DNA from: Candidatus Bathyarchaeota archaeon
GTDB taxonomy: Archaea > Thermoproteota > Bathyarchaeia > Bathyarchaeales > Bathycorpusculaceae
Reading direction: 5' to 3'
DNA: 34,807 nt
Assembly (NCBI GenBank): GCA_030630585.1
Contig: DAOVMU010000001.1
Location: forward strand, 1 to 34,807
Part shown: piece after piece, positions 1-7,296 of the stretch
How the letters are laid out: every line of letters starts with the position of its first letter
Position numbering within the stretch: position 1 is the stretch's first letter
Notes under the pieces: generated by a model
What the model was told of the DNA's origin: nothing
Database searches by the model: none
What the model saw: the letters and a program-made list of their open reading frames with translations, nothing else
Translations under genes and position numbers: made by a program

Positions 1-492
1 AAGCTACGCGAAGCAGACATACTTGTACTAGCCACACCTGTCTACATTCCCTTACCTGGTGAGATGCAGAATCTGATTAATAGGCTGTGTCCTCTTATTG
101 AGCCGATTCTGGAGTTTCGAGATGGTCGTACGCGTGCCAGATTTCATGATGATGTTAAAATTCGCAAGATCGTCTTAGTTTCTACGTGTGGTTGGTGGGA
201 AATGGGCAATTTCGGCACAGTGCTTCGGATTGCTGAAGAACTTGCGAAAGACGTGAATGTTGAGTTTGCAGGTGCCGTTCTGCGTCCCCACGCATATCTT
301 ATGGTTGAGAATAAGGAGAAGGCAAAGAAGGTTACGGAGGCGCTGAGGCAAGCTGGCTACGAGCTCACCAAGAAAGGGCGGATGTCCAAGAGCCTCCTTG
401 AGGTTATTAGTCAGCCTCTCGTTTCTGAAAAAGTGTACAGGCACAGTCTTAATGAAGCGTATGAAAAGGTGAAGAGCGGAGAAAAAGATTAA
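1..492 (+). CDS. Flavodoxin-fold FMN reductase / iron-sulfur flavoprotein-like protein, 5' end outside the window
   Basis: Frame 1 is open from base 1 (KLREADILVLATPVYIPLPGEMQNLINRL...), so the ORF extends upstream of the ATG at 64 listed in the track. The ADxxVLATPVY segment followed by a helix is typical of flavodoxin-fold NAD(P)H-dependent FMN reductases. Stop at 490-492. Confidence 0.55.
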   Translation, partial: KLREADILVLATPVYIPLPGEMQNLINRLCPLIEPILEFRDGRTRARFHDDVKIRKIVLVSTCGWWEMGNFGTVLRIAEELAKDVNVEFAGAVLRPHAYLMVENKEKAKKVTEALRQAGYELTKKGRMSKSLLEVISQPLVSEKVYRHSLNEAYEKVKSGEKD

Positions 493-529
493 ACGCGTTT
501 GCAGGCTTAGAAGCAACAAAACAAAAAAT

Positions 530-588
530 GGGGGGTTTTGCGGGAGATATCTCAATGTGTAGCGGGTTCAAATCCCCGCGACCCCACC
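530..588 (+). other. tRNA-like minihelix or tRNA 3'-half remnant (not a complete tRNA)
   Basis: GCGGG (562-566) / TTCAAATC / CCCGC (575-579) forms a T-arm-like hairpin with an 8-nt rather than 7-nt loop. It is followed by GACCCC-A-CC, which can pair with GGGGTT (532-537) as a 6-bp acceptor-like stem. No D arm or anticodon arm is present; the palindrome GAGATATCTC occupies that position. Confidence 0.2.
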
Positions 589-873
589 GGTAATCTCCTC
601 AGGGCAGGGAGATCATTGTAAGGGTCTACTTAGGTTTTCGACAAGAACGGCGAATTCCCAATATAGCTTTACCGTGATACATAACCTAGCCTATCATCTG
701 TTCAAGGTTTATGGCGCAACACCGCCACCTTTTGTGGAAAGGTGCCATATGGAAAATAAATGAACCGTAGAGGATTCCTAGTTCCGCACATCCTCTTGCA
801 AAATGCTCTGTGTTGAACTCCATGCAATGTGCGCTATTGCAAAGCTTAAATAGGGATTTTTCCGCAAGATAGG

Positions 874-1980
874 ATGAAGGTAAGAGTTGAAATGTCAGGT
901 TCTTCTTTTGTTAAGAGTGTTGTGCGGACTTGTCTTCGAATTGGGAAGGAAGACCGAGTGATGCTTTTCACTTGGCGTCATACACTTGACTTGGCTGAAG
1001 CTTTTGTGATAGAATGTAGAAGGGCGGGTGCACAGGTTCATGCTGCCTTCTTGAGCGATGAAATCTTTTACGACAGAGTTCTCAATCTTCCATTGGAGTA
1101 CCTCAAGACGTCTGATCCCTTTGATCTCACATTAATGGACATAGCCACCGCTGAAATCATGATATCAGGTCCTGAAAACCCTGAAAGACTCAGGATGGTC
1201 TCAGCTGAGAAATGGGCTGCCCTTGCCGAAGCTGACAAACCATTCATGGACAAGTTCCTAGAGAAAAGGTTCCGCGGGGCACACATATCGTTGGGATACG
1301 TTACACCTCAAAGAGCAAAGACTTACGGCTTCAACCATGATTCCTGGAGAGAAAACGTCAAAGCCGCTTTAGATGTCAAGTACGAGGACATGCGAAAACT
1401 CGGAAAGAAGCTTGGAAACGTCTTGGAGAAGGCCCACGAAGTTCACATAACAACCTCTAAAGGAACAGACTTAACCCTAACACTGGAAGACAGACCTGTA
1501 CACATTTATGACGGTGTAGTCGACGACGAAGACATGAAGAAAGGAGCAACATTCGTAACGTTGCCCAGTGGAACCGTCCAACTCGCTCCCGCGGAAACAA
1601 GCGCAAACGGAATTTTCGTCTCTGACATCCCTGAACCACAGTGGGGGTTACTCATTCACGACATGAAATGGGTTTTCAAAGAAGGCAAGTTAGTTTCCCT
1701 TGAAGGAGGGAAGAACAGTGAAATCCTTCGAGAAAACTGGGAAAAGGCAACAGGGGACAAGGATAGGATAGGAAAGCTTATCTTGGGAATAAACCCGAAA
1801 GCGAAGACAGGTTTCATTGACATCTCAATTGTCCTGGGAACAGCAACCATAGGTGTAGGTGACAACAGAGAATTAGGCGGCAAAAACGAGAGCAAATGGG
1901 GCATCCCCATTACTGCTACCGAACCCACCATTAAGCTAGATGGAAAAACTATTATCAAACGAGGTGAGCTTACCCTCTAG
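874..1980 (+). CDS. Aminopeptidase, M29 (thermophilic metalloprotease / AmpS-PepS) family
   Basis: The 368-aa ORF is collinear with M29 aminopeptidases as I remember them. Segments include an N-terminal xxVVRTCLRIGKEDRVML...ECRRAGAQV, then HITTSKGTDLTLTL, TLPSGTVQLAP and a KEGKLVSLEGG block. An alternative start is M at 892. Confidence 0.7.
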   Translation: MKVRVEMSGSSFVKSVVRTCLRIGKEDRVMLFTWRHTLDLAEAFVIECRRAGAQVHAAFLSDEIFYDRVLNLPLEYLKTSDPFDLTLMDIATAEIMISGPENPERLRMVSAEKWAALAEADKPFMDKFLEKRFRGAHISLGYVTPQRAKTYGFNHDSWRENVKAALDVKYEDMRKLGKKLGNVLEKAHEVHITTSKGTDLTLTLEDRPVHIYDGVVDDEDMKKGATFVTLPSGTVQLAPAETSANGIFVSDIPEPQWGLLIHDMKWVFKEGKLVSLEGGKNSEILRENWEKATGDKDRIGKLILGINPKAKTGFIDISIVLGTATIGVGDNRELGGKNESKWGIPITATEPTIKLDGKTIIKRGELTL

Positions 1981-2059
1981 ATTCTACATTGAGCACTCGC
2001 AAAAATGTGGTTATCTTTAAGCCGTGCAAGCAGGTACAAGTTTGGAGAGCGTGCAGTTG

Positions 2060-3292
2060 ATGAATGAAGAAGAGAAATCTCCGTCAGTTGAAGAATTGAG
2101 TAAGAAACTCAATCTAGTAGTGAAGAGACTGGACACCCTAGAAGATGTAATCCTAGTAGGCAACAAGGTCTACATGAGGGTTCCTTCAACGATAGCCGAG
2201 CAGTACTTGGCGGGAGAGCCCCGTATCCACCTAGAAGCGAAACTGATTCTGGAAACGAAGAGGGTGAAAGTCGGCGAAAAACTGAACATCCAGATAGAAT
2301 TTTTCAACGAAGGAAAAACATCCGTTTTTCTGACAGAGATTGAGGAAATTCTCCCAGTCGGTTTTCAGCTAATTGCCAAACCGGATTACTGTCAATTTGA
2401 CGGCACTCGCCTAAGCATGAGTGGAAGGAAGCTTGACCCATCAAAAAGCATGCGGCTAGGGCTAACCCTAAGACCGCTTCAACAAGGCATATTTGCGGTA
2501 AAGCCAAGAGTTGCTTACTCTAACGGGGCTAAGCGCCAAATGTTCTGTAAGCCCACACCTGCGACGGTGGATGTCTTGAAAAACGTTCTTCCCGGTCGTA
2601 TTAGCACGGGATACGACAAGCTTGACAGCTTGCTCCTCGGTGGAATACCTCAGAATTACGCTGTCATACTGACCTCCATTTCCTGCGACGAAAGGGACAT
2701 GCTGATCGAAAAGTTTCTAGAAAAAGGGGCAAAACAGGGTCAAGTCACCATTTACGTGACTATTGAAGCTAGCGGAGTGAAGACTCTCGCAGAGGAGTTT
2801 CAGTCAAACTTCTACCTTTTTCTGTGCAATCCTCAAGCAGACACGATGATCAAAAGCTTACCCAACGTGTTCAAGCTGAAGGGCGTAGAGAACCTAACTG
2901 AGATCAGCATCGCACTAATGTCAACGCTCCGCAAACTCGACGCATCACAGGGCGACCCAAGAAGGGCTTGCATAGGAATAGTATCAGATGTTCTTCTACA
3001 ACACCGTGCCATTCATACCAGAAGATGGCTCACCAATTTGATTCCAGACCTGAAGTCAAAAGGCTTCACTACTCTGGCAATCATGAACCCCTACATGCAC
3101 GACACGCAAGAAGTCCAAGCAATCCTAGACCTGTTTGAAGGGGAAATCAGCATATACGAAAGAGATTCAGCGAAATCTCTGAAAGTCAGAAAAATGCACA
3201 ATCAAAGATACTTAGAGAGTGAACTACCTCTCAGAAAGGAAAAGCTAAGCTTTGCGCACCCGCCAAAAACAAGTGACTGGGCAAGATTCTAG
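2060..3292 (+). CDS. KaiC/RecA-superfamily-like domain protein with degenerate Walker A, fused to an N-terminal beta-sandwich-like region
   Basis: The C-terminal half starts ISTGYDKLDSLLLGGIPQNYAVILTSISCDERD. This matches the GxxxLDxLLGGGxPxGxxxLxxG entry of KaiC/RadA-like ATPases (COG0467-type), but GxxGxGK[ST] is replaced by TSISCDER. The N-terminal half (VKVGEKLNIQIEFFNEGKTSVFLTEIEEILPVGFQ) resembles CARDB/DUF11-style Ig-like repeats. The track starts at GTG 2024; ATG 2060 (MNEEEKS) is more likely. Confidence 0.5.
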   Translation: MNEEEKSPSVEELSKKLNLVVKRLDTLEDVILVGNKVYMRVPSTIAEQYLAGEPRIHLEAKLILETKRVKVGEKLNIQIEFFNEGKTSVFLTEIEEILPVGFQLIAKPDYCQFDGTRLSMSGRKLDPSKSMRLGLTLRPLQQGIFAVKPRVAYSNGAKRQMFCKPTPATVDVLKNVLPGRISTGYDKLDSLLLGGIPQNYAVILTSISCDERDMLIEKFLEKGAKQGQVTIYVTIEASGVKTLAEEFQSNFYLFLCNPQADTMIKSLPNVFKLKGVENLTEISIALMSTLRKLDASQGDPRRACIGIVSDVLLQHRAIHTRRWLTNLIPDLKSKGFTTLAIMNPYMHDTQEVQAILDLFEGEISIYERDSAKSLKVRKMHNQRYLESELPLRKEKLSFAHPPKTSDWARF

Positions 3293-3353
3293 CTCGAATA
3301 GCCCGCATGCTCTTGTCAAAGATGGCAGTGTCAAGTTTTTCTAGGGCGCAACG

Positions 3354-3773
3354 TCACGTGGACCTTTCCACCCAGTGAGCCTCTTTCTCTGTTATCTCCT
3401 TCTTCCAGATTGGCGTTTCATTCTTGACTCTATCAACTAATTCGATTACTGCTTGGAAAACTTCCTCACGATGCTTCGACGCTACTAAGACGCACATCAC
3501 GTCCTCTCCAACCTTCACCTTTCCTGTACGGTGTTCCGCTATGGCATCTATTATTCTATACTTCTTTTCCACATCCTTCAATGTTCTCTCCAAAACTTTG
3601 GGCGCTAACACCTCATGCGCATCATACTCCAGCCTTAGAACTTTTTCGCCACCAGATGTTCCTCTGACTGTTCCTATGAAAATCGCTATTGCACCTATAT
3701 CTTTTGATGCTTCCTTAAGTTGACTGATTAGGGATTGCAAATTATCCAGTTTTTGAGAAACCTTCACCTTCAT
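3354..3773 (-). CDS. moaE: Molybdopterin synthase catalytic subunit MoaE (paralog 1)
   Basis: MoaE hallmarks are present: GAIAIFIGTVRG, EHRTGKVKVGE, SKHREEVF and TPIWKKE. The ATG at 3773 sits 1 nt after the stop of the upstream moaD-like gene, suggesting translational coupling. The track ORF extends to 3806. Confidence 0.8.
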   Translation of the reverse strand: MKVKVSQKLDNLQSLISQLKEASKDIGAIAIFIGTVRGTSGGEKVLRLEYDAHEVLAPKVLERTLKDVEKKYRIIDAIAEHRTGKVKVGEDVMCVLVASKHREEVFQAVIELVDRVKNETPIWKKEITEKEAHWVERST

Positions 3774-3774
3774 C

Positions 3775-4077
3775 TTAACCACCAGAGGGTAAGGGCATGA
3801 CATCAACTACGTCTCCACCCCTAAGCTTTAACCTTACTAAATCTGAATGCTTGACGAAGTTGTTGTTAACGCTGATCATCACGTTGTCTTTTAGCTCTAA
3901 TTCGTCATTGACAATTACACTCATATCGTTACCTATGATTTCCGCCACTTTTCCCATTAGAGAGATGAAGTTAGAATTCTCCTTAAGCTTCAGAACAACC
4001 CCCCTGACTCCTAACTTCTCCCTCAAACTCGCGTAGAATTTCACCCTCACCTTTCCATATCTCGAGGAACGCTCCAT
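3775..4077 (-). CDS. moaD: MoaD/ThiS-family ubiquitin-like sulfur carrier (SAMP-like), C-terminal diglycine
   Basis: The roughly 100-aa product starts MERSSRYGKVRVKFYASLREKLG (the MoaD-like xVxVxFFAxLRE entry) and ends ...VMPLPSGG-stop. The track ORF begins at 4131, but homology starts near ATG 4077. Confidence 0.7.
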   Translation of the reverse strand: MERSSRYGKVRVKFYASLREKLGVRGVVLKLKENSNFISLMGKVAEIIGNDMSVIVNDELELKDNVMISVNNNFVKHSDLVRLKLRGGDVVDVMPLPSGG

Positions 4078-4078
4078 T

Positions 4079-4243
4079 TTATCCTCCACCCACTGACGCA
4101 AGTATTGAAACGTAATCCGCGCACGCTGCAACTATGAATTCAGCTTTGCGGAAAACCAAAGGATTCTGCAAAGACATAATAATTGTCCCAGCATCATAAG
4201 TCACTTCCTTGTACTCCAAGCGTCTAAAAAGCTTCTTCGCCAT
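4079..4243 (-). CDS. Hypothetical 54-aa protein ending VGGG, possibly a minimal ThiS-like Ubl (below the ORF-track size cutoff)
   Basis: My own translation: ATG at 4243, product MAKKLFRRLEYKEVTYDAGTIIMSLQNPLVFRKAEFIVAACADYVSILASVGGG, TAA at 4081-4079. A GAGG-like Shine-Dalgarno (agaggaaaaatt) precedes the ATG. The stop lies 1 nt before the moaD ATG (TAAAATG). The C-terminal D-x-V-x-I-x3-VGGG resembles ThiS/MoaD tails. Confidence 0.3.
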   Translation of the reverse strand: MAKKLFRRLEYKEVTYDAGTIIMSLQNPLVFRKAEFIVAACADYVSILASVGGG

Positions 4244-4324
4244 AATTTTTCCTCTTTCAAAAGACTATTGTATCCGTATGTTACTTAGCATTTTCTAGAG
4301 CAAATCAAGGCTATGTGAACCTCA

Positions 4325-5269
4325 ATGAGCGCTGTCATATGCACCATTTGCAAGCGTGGGGAAGCTTTCTTTTTTAGACCATACTCTGGAGAGAAACTAT
4401 GCAGAAGATGCTTCATTAAATCCGTTGACGAAAAGGCTAGAGCTACTATTGCCAAGTACCGGATGCTTGAATTTGACGATGAGATAGCTGTGGCTGTTTC
4501 TGGCGGGAAGGACAGCGTCAGCCTGTTGCATATTTTAGCTAAAATAGAGCGGGACTATCCGAAGTCTTCGCTTGTAGCAGTTACAGTAGATGAAGGAATT
4601 AGAGGATATCGAGATGAAGCTCTGAAAATAGCGGCTGAAAACTGCAAAAAACTCGGTATAGAACACCACATAGTCTCTTTCAAGGAGCTTTATGGCTACA
4701 CATTAGATGAAATTATAAAGCATCTGAGAAAAAAGGGAAAAAGCAAACTAACACCATGCGCGTACTGCGGCGTACTAAGAAGAAAAGCGTTAAACGTTGT
4801 TGCAAGAGATGTCAAAGCAGATAAGCTTGCAACCGGCCACACATTGGATGATGAAACACAGACAATTCTCTTAAACATTCTTCACGGCGACCCCTTAAGA
4901 ATGGCAAGGCAGAAACCAATCACAGACAAGGCGCATCCAAATCTTGTGCAAAGAATGAAGCCCTTCTGCGAAATTCCAGAAAAAGAAACAGCCCTCTACG
5001 CTTATGTCAAAAAAATAACGTTTCAAGACATACCATGCCCATACGCCTCAGAAGCCTTAAGAAATGACATACGCCTTTTTCTGAACAGAATGGAAGAGAA
5101 ACATGCTGGAATAAAATTTACAATATTCAAGTCAATACAGAAAATCAGACCAGCAATAGCAAAGATTGAAAAAAAAGAAGAATCAAATAAATGCAGCAAA
5201 TGCGGTGAACCAACAACTGGAAGGATATGTAAAGCATGCCAAATGCTTCAGCAACTGGAGACGCCTTAG
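4325..5269 (+). CDS. ncsA: tRNA 2-thiolation PP-loop ATPase, NcsA/Ncs6/TtuA family
   Basis: It has an N-terminal CxxC...CxxC zinc finger (CTICKRG...CRRC) and the PP-loop SGGKDS (VAVSGGKDSV). CAYC plus a later CPY supply the three Cys of the [4Fe-4S] site. A C-terminal CSKC...CKAC zinc finger is also present. Confidence 0.8.
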   Translation: MSAVICTICKRGEAFFFRPYSGEKLCRRCFIKSVDEKARATIAKYRMLEFDDEIAVAVSGGKDSVSLLHILAKIERDYPKSSLVAVTVDEGIRGYRDEALKIAAENCKKLGIEHHIVSFKELYGYTLDEIIKHLRKKGKSKLTPCAYCGVLRRKALNVVARDVKADKLATGHTLDDETQTILLNILHGDPLRMARQKPITDKAHPNLVQRMKPFCEIPEKETALYAYVKKITFQDIPCPYASEALRNDIRLFLNRMEEKHAGIKFTIFKSIQKIRPAIAKIEKKEESNKCSKCGEPTTGRICKACQMLQQLETP

Positions 5270-5349
5270 TCCCTATTCACGTTCAAACTGAAAGAAAGAA
5301 TATAAAAAAGTGCGCGTCAACTTAGTTAGATCAACATGGGGGACCGAAA

Positions 5350-6390
5350 ATAATTCGTTTTGATCCTGAAGAATATTATAAGAGGCAAACTGTTCTGCAC
5401 GAACTCGGACATGAAGGACAAGAAAAGCTAAAACACTCAAAAGTCGCGGTTATCGGATTGGGAGGGCTTGGAAGTGCAGCAACTCAATATCTGGCTTTAG
5501 CCGGTGTAGGGTATTTGCGCTTAGTAGACCAAGACACCGTGGAATTGCGCAACCTGCACAGACAAGTACTCTATAGCCTTGACGACTTAAGATTTCCCAA
5601 AGTTGAGGCAGCAGCAAAAAGGACTAAACAGATAAATCCAGAGGTGCATGTAGAGCCCTTGCCGGAAAACGTGAGAGAGAGCAATGTGGAAGAAATTCTT
5701 GACGGTGTGGATTGTGTCATTGACGGACTGGATAATATGCGTACGCGTTATCTTTTAAACAGGGTAAGCGTAGAAAGGGAAATTCCTTATGTTTATGCGG
5801 CTGCCATCGGAATTGAGGGTTACCTATCTGTGTTCACTCCTCCTGAAACACCATGCCTCGCGTGTAATTTCCCAAACCTAGACGACCGTTACCTGCTTAC
5901 ATGCGAAACCCGCGGTGTTCTCGGCGCTACAACAGGGATCATAGGGACCATGGAAGCCATGGAAGCCATAAAGATACTTGCAGGAATCGGAGATACACTC
6001 AGAAATACCCTTTTGGTATGTGATTTTTACGACATGTACATAGCCAGAGTTGATATTTTCAAAAACCCCAAATGCTCAGTTTGTGGAGAAGCTAAAGCAG
6101 AGAAGGGTGTAGAAGCGGCCGAACGGTTAGTTTGGTTATGTGGTCAAGATACGGCGAATGTGAATCCACGAAAGCCCTTGAAACTAAGCGTTGATGATGT
6201 GTATAATCGTTTAAGCAAGCGTTTTAGAGTGCTTTTGAAGTCGTCTTTTGTTGTGGTGTTTAAACACAATGATGTAGAGGTCAGCCTATTTAGAGGAGGC
6301 AGAATGCTAATAAAAAATATTAAGAGCAAAAAAGAAGCATTAAAGGTCTACAACACCGTTATCAAACAGTTAGAAGTTGAGACGGACTAA
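5350..6390 (+). CDS. E1-like adenylyltransferase, ThiF/MoeB/UbaA family, with a roughly 95-aa C-terminal extension; the start codon is problematic
   Basis: It shows YYKRQTVLHELGHEGQEKLKHSKVAVIGLGGLGS (RYSRQ-box plus the GxGxxG Rossmann motif), a DxD region, Zn motifs CLAC and CSVC, and a conserved Cys in LLTCETRGVLG. The first canonical in-frame start (TTG 5458, as in the track) would delete the RYSRQ box and beta1. The frame is open from 5326 and contains no ATG/GTG/TTG, only ATA 5350 and ATT 5353. No rhodanese domain is present. Confidence 0.75.
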   Translation: MIRFDPEEYYKRQTVLHELGHEGQEKLKHSKVAVIGLGGLGSAATQYLALAGVGYLRLVDQDTVELRNLHRQVLYSLDDLRFPKVEAAAKRTKQINPEVHVEPLPENVRESNVEEILDGVDCVIDGLDNMRTRYLLNRVSVEREIPYVYAAAIGIEGYLSVFTPPETPCLACNFPNLDDRYLLTCETRGVLGATTGIIGTMEAMEAIKILAGIGDTLRNTLLVCDFYDMYIARVDIFKNPKCSVCGEAKAEKGVEAAERLVWLCGQDTANVNPRKPLKLSVDDVYNRLSKRFRVLLKSSFVVVFKHNDVEVSLFRGGRMLIKNIKSKKEALKVYNTVIKQLEVETD

Positions 6391-6511
6391 CGTTCCGGTT
6401 TAGGTTTGGCGTTTCAGCGCTCCTGAGCCCATTATCGTAAACTTTTCAGAAAAGCGCGCACTAGTAAAAGATTTTTGGAAGAAACGACCATACATAGACT
6501 TGAGTGAAAAC

Positions 6512-6796
6512 ATGAAAGTCAAAATAAAATATCTTGGCAGAACCATGGAACTCTTTGGTTTATCTCCAGACCAAAAAGAAGAAACAATCTCCTTACGTCA
6601 GAAATCTTTGTATAAAGATGCTTTAGAAAAAATTAAGGAGAAATTCTTGCGGGCTAACAAAAACAAAGACATAGGAAAATATGACATCTTCAATGATATT
6701 GCAGTTTTCTCTAAAGGTAGAATTTTGAGAAATATTAAGGAAAGACCAATTGACCATCCAGAAATAATCATTGCTCCACTCATTGCGGGAGGTTAA
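6512..6796 (+). CDS. Ubiquitin-like beta-grasp protein (MoaD/ThiS/SAMP-like) with C-terminal diglycine
   Basis: The 94-aa product runs MKVKIKYLGRTMELFG...PEIIIAPLIAGG-stop. The N-terminal xVxIxYxG entry and the hydrophobic strand followed by GG at the extreme C-terminus fit the family. It lies immediately downstream of the E1-like gene. The track starts at TTG 6500. Confidence 0.6.
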   Translation: MKVKIKYLGRTMELFGLSPDQKEETISLRQKSLYKDALEKIKEKFLRANKNKDIGKYDIFNDIAVFSKGRILRNIKERPIDHPEIIIAPLIAGG

Positions 6797-6872
6797 TTCT
6801 AAAAATCTCTCTCCCCCCGGCGCGCCCGAGCGACCTACTGTTTTCAATGAGCAAGTCTTTATGAGAAATACA

Positions 6873-7223
6873 TTATGCTAGTTTGCAGACGCTGGTGATA
6901 ATCTTCTTCAATTCTCTGTAGTTTTCTAGTAACAAGAAACCGGCACTTGTCAATTCCGATCTGCCTCCGTGTTTACCACCTTTCTGAGTCATTACTATAC
7001 GTTCCTCTAAGTGTTTCTCTACCTCTTTAATAAGGTCCCACGCATGGCGGTAAGACATTTTTGTAGCTTTTGCTGCGGCGCTTATCGACTTTTCCTTTCT
7101 TATCTGATCCAGAAGCATGTAAGTTCCTTCTCCAAAAACATAGTTGTCTCCAATTTCAAACCATAACTTGAAGACAGGTTTGATTTTTCCCTTTTCTAGC
7201 GAAAATGACAATTGCGATATCAC
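6873..7223 (-). CDS. ModE-N-terminal-like winged-helix regulator (molybdate/tungstate-responsive family)
   Basis: LLDQIRKEKSISAAAKATKMSYRHAWDLIKEVEKHL matches the ModE/LysR-like HTH signature (GSIsxAAkxxxmSYrxAW). It is the last gene of the tup operon and has no Mop/TOBE domain. Confidence 0.7.
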   Translation of the reverse strand: MISQLSFSLEKGKIKPVFKLWFEIGDNYVFGEGTYMLLDQIRKEKSISAAAKATKMSYRHAWDLIKEVEKHLEERIVMTQKGGKHGGRSELTSAGFLLLENYRELKKIITSVCKLA

Positions 7224-7296
7224 CTCTATAACATTACACTTGGTTTTTTATTTAGGTGTTTTTGAATGTCCGATCACAAGTTTTTCTCTGAATAAG

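Noticed and set aside
175-555. 126-aa minus-strand ORF
   Set aside because: It is antisense to the flavodoxin-fold gene, which has a recognisable FMN-reductase motif. It shows no motif or start context of its own.
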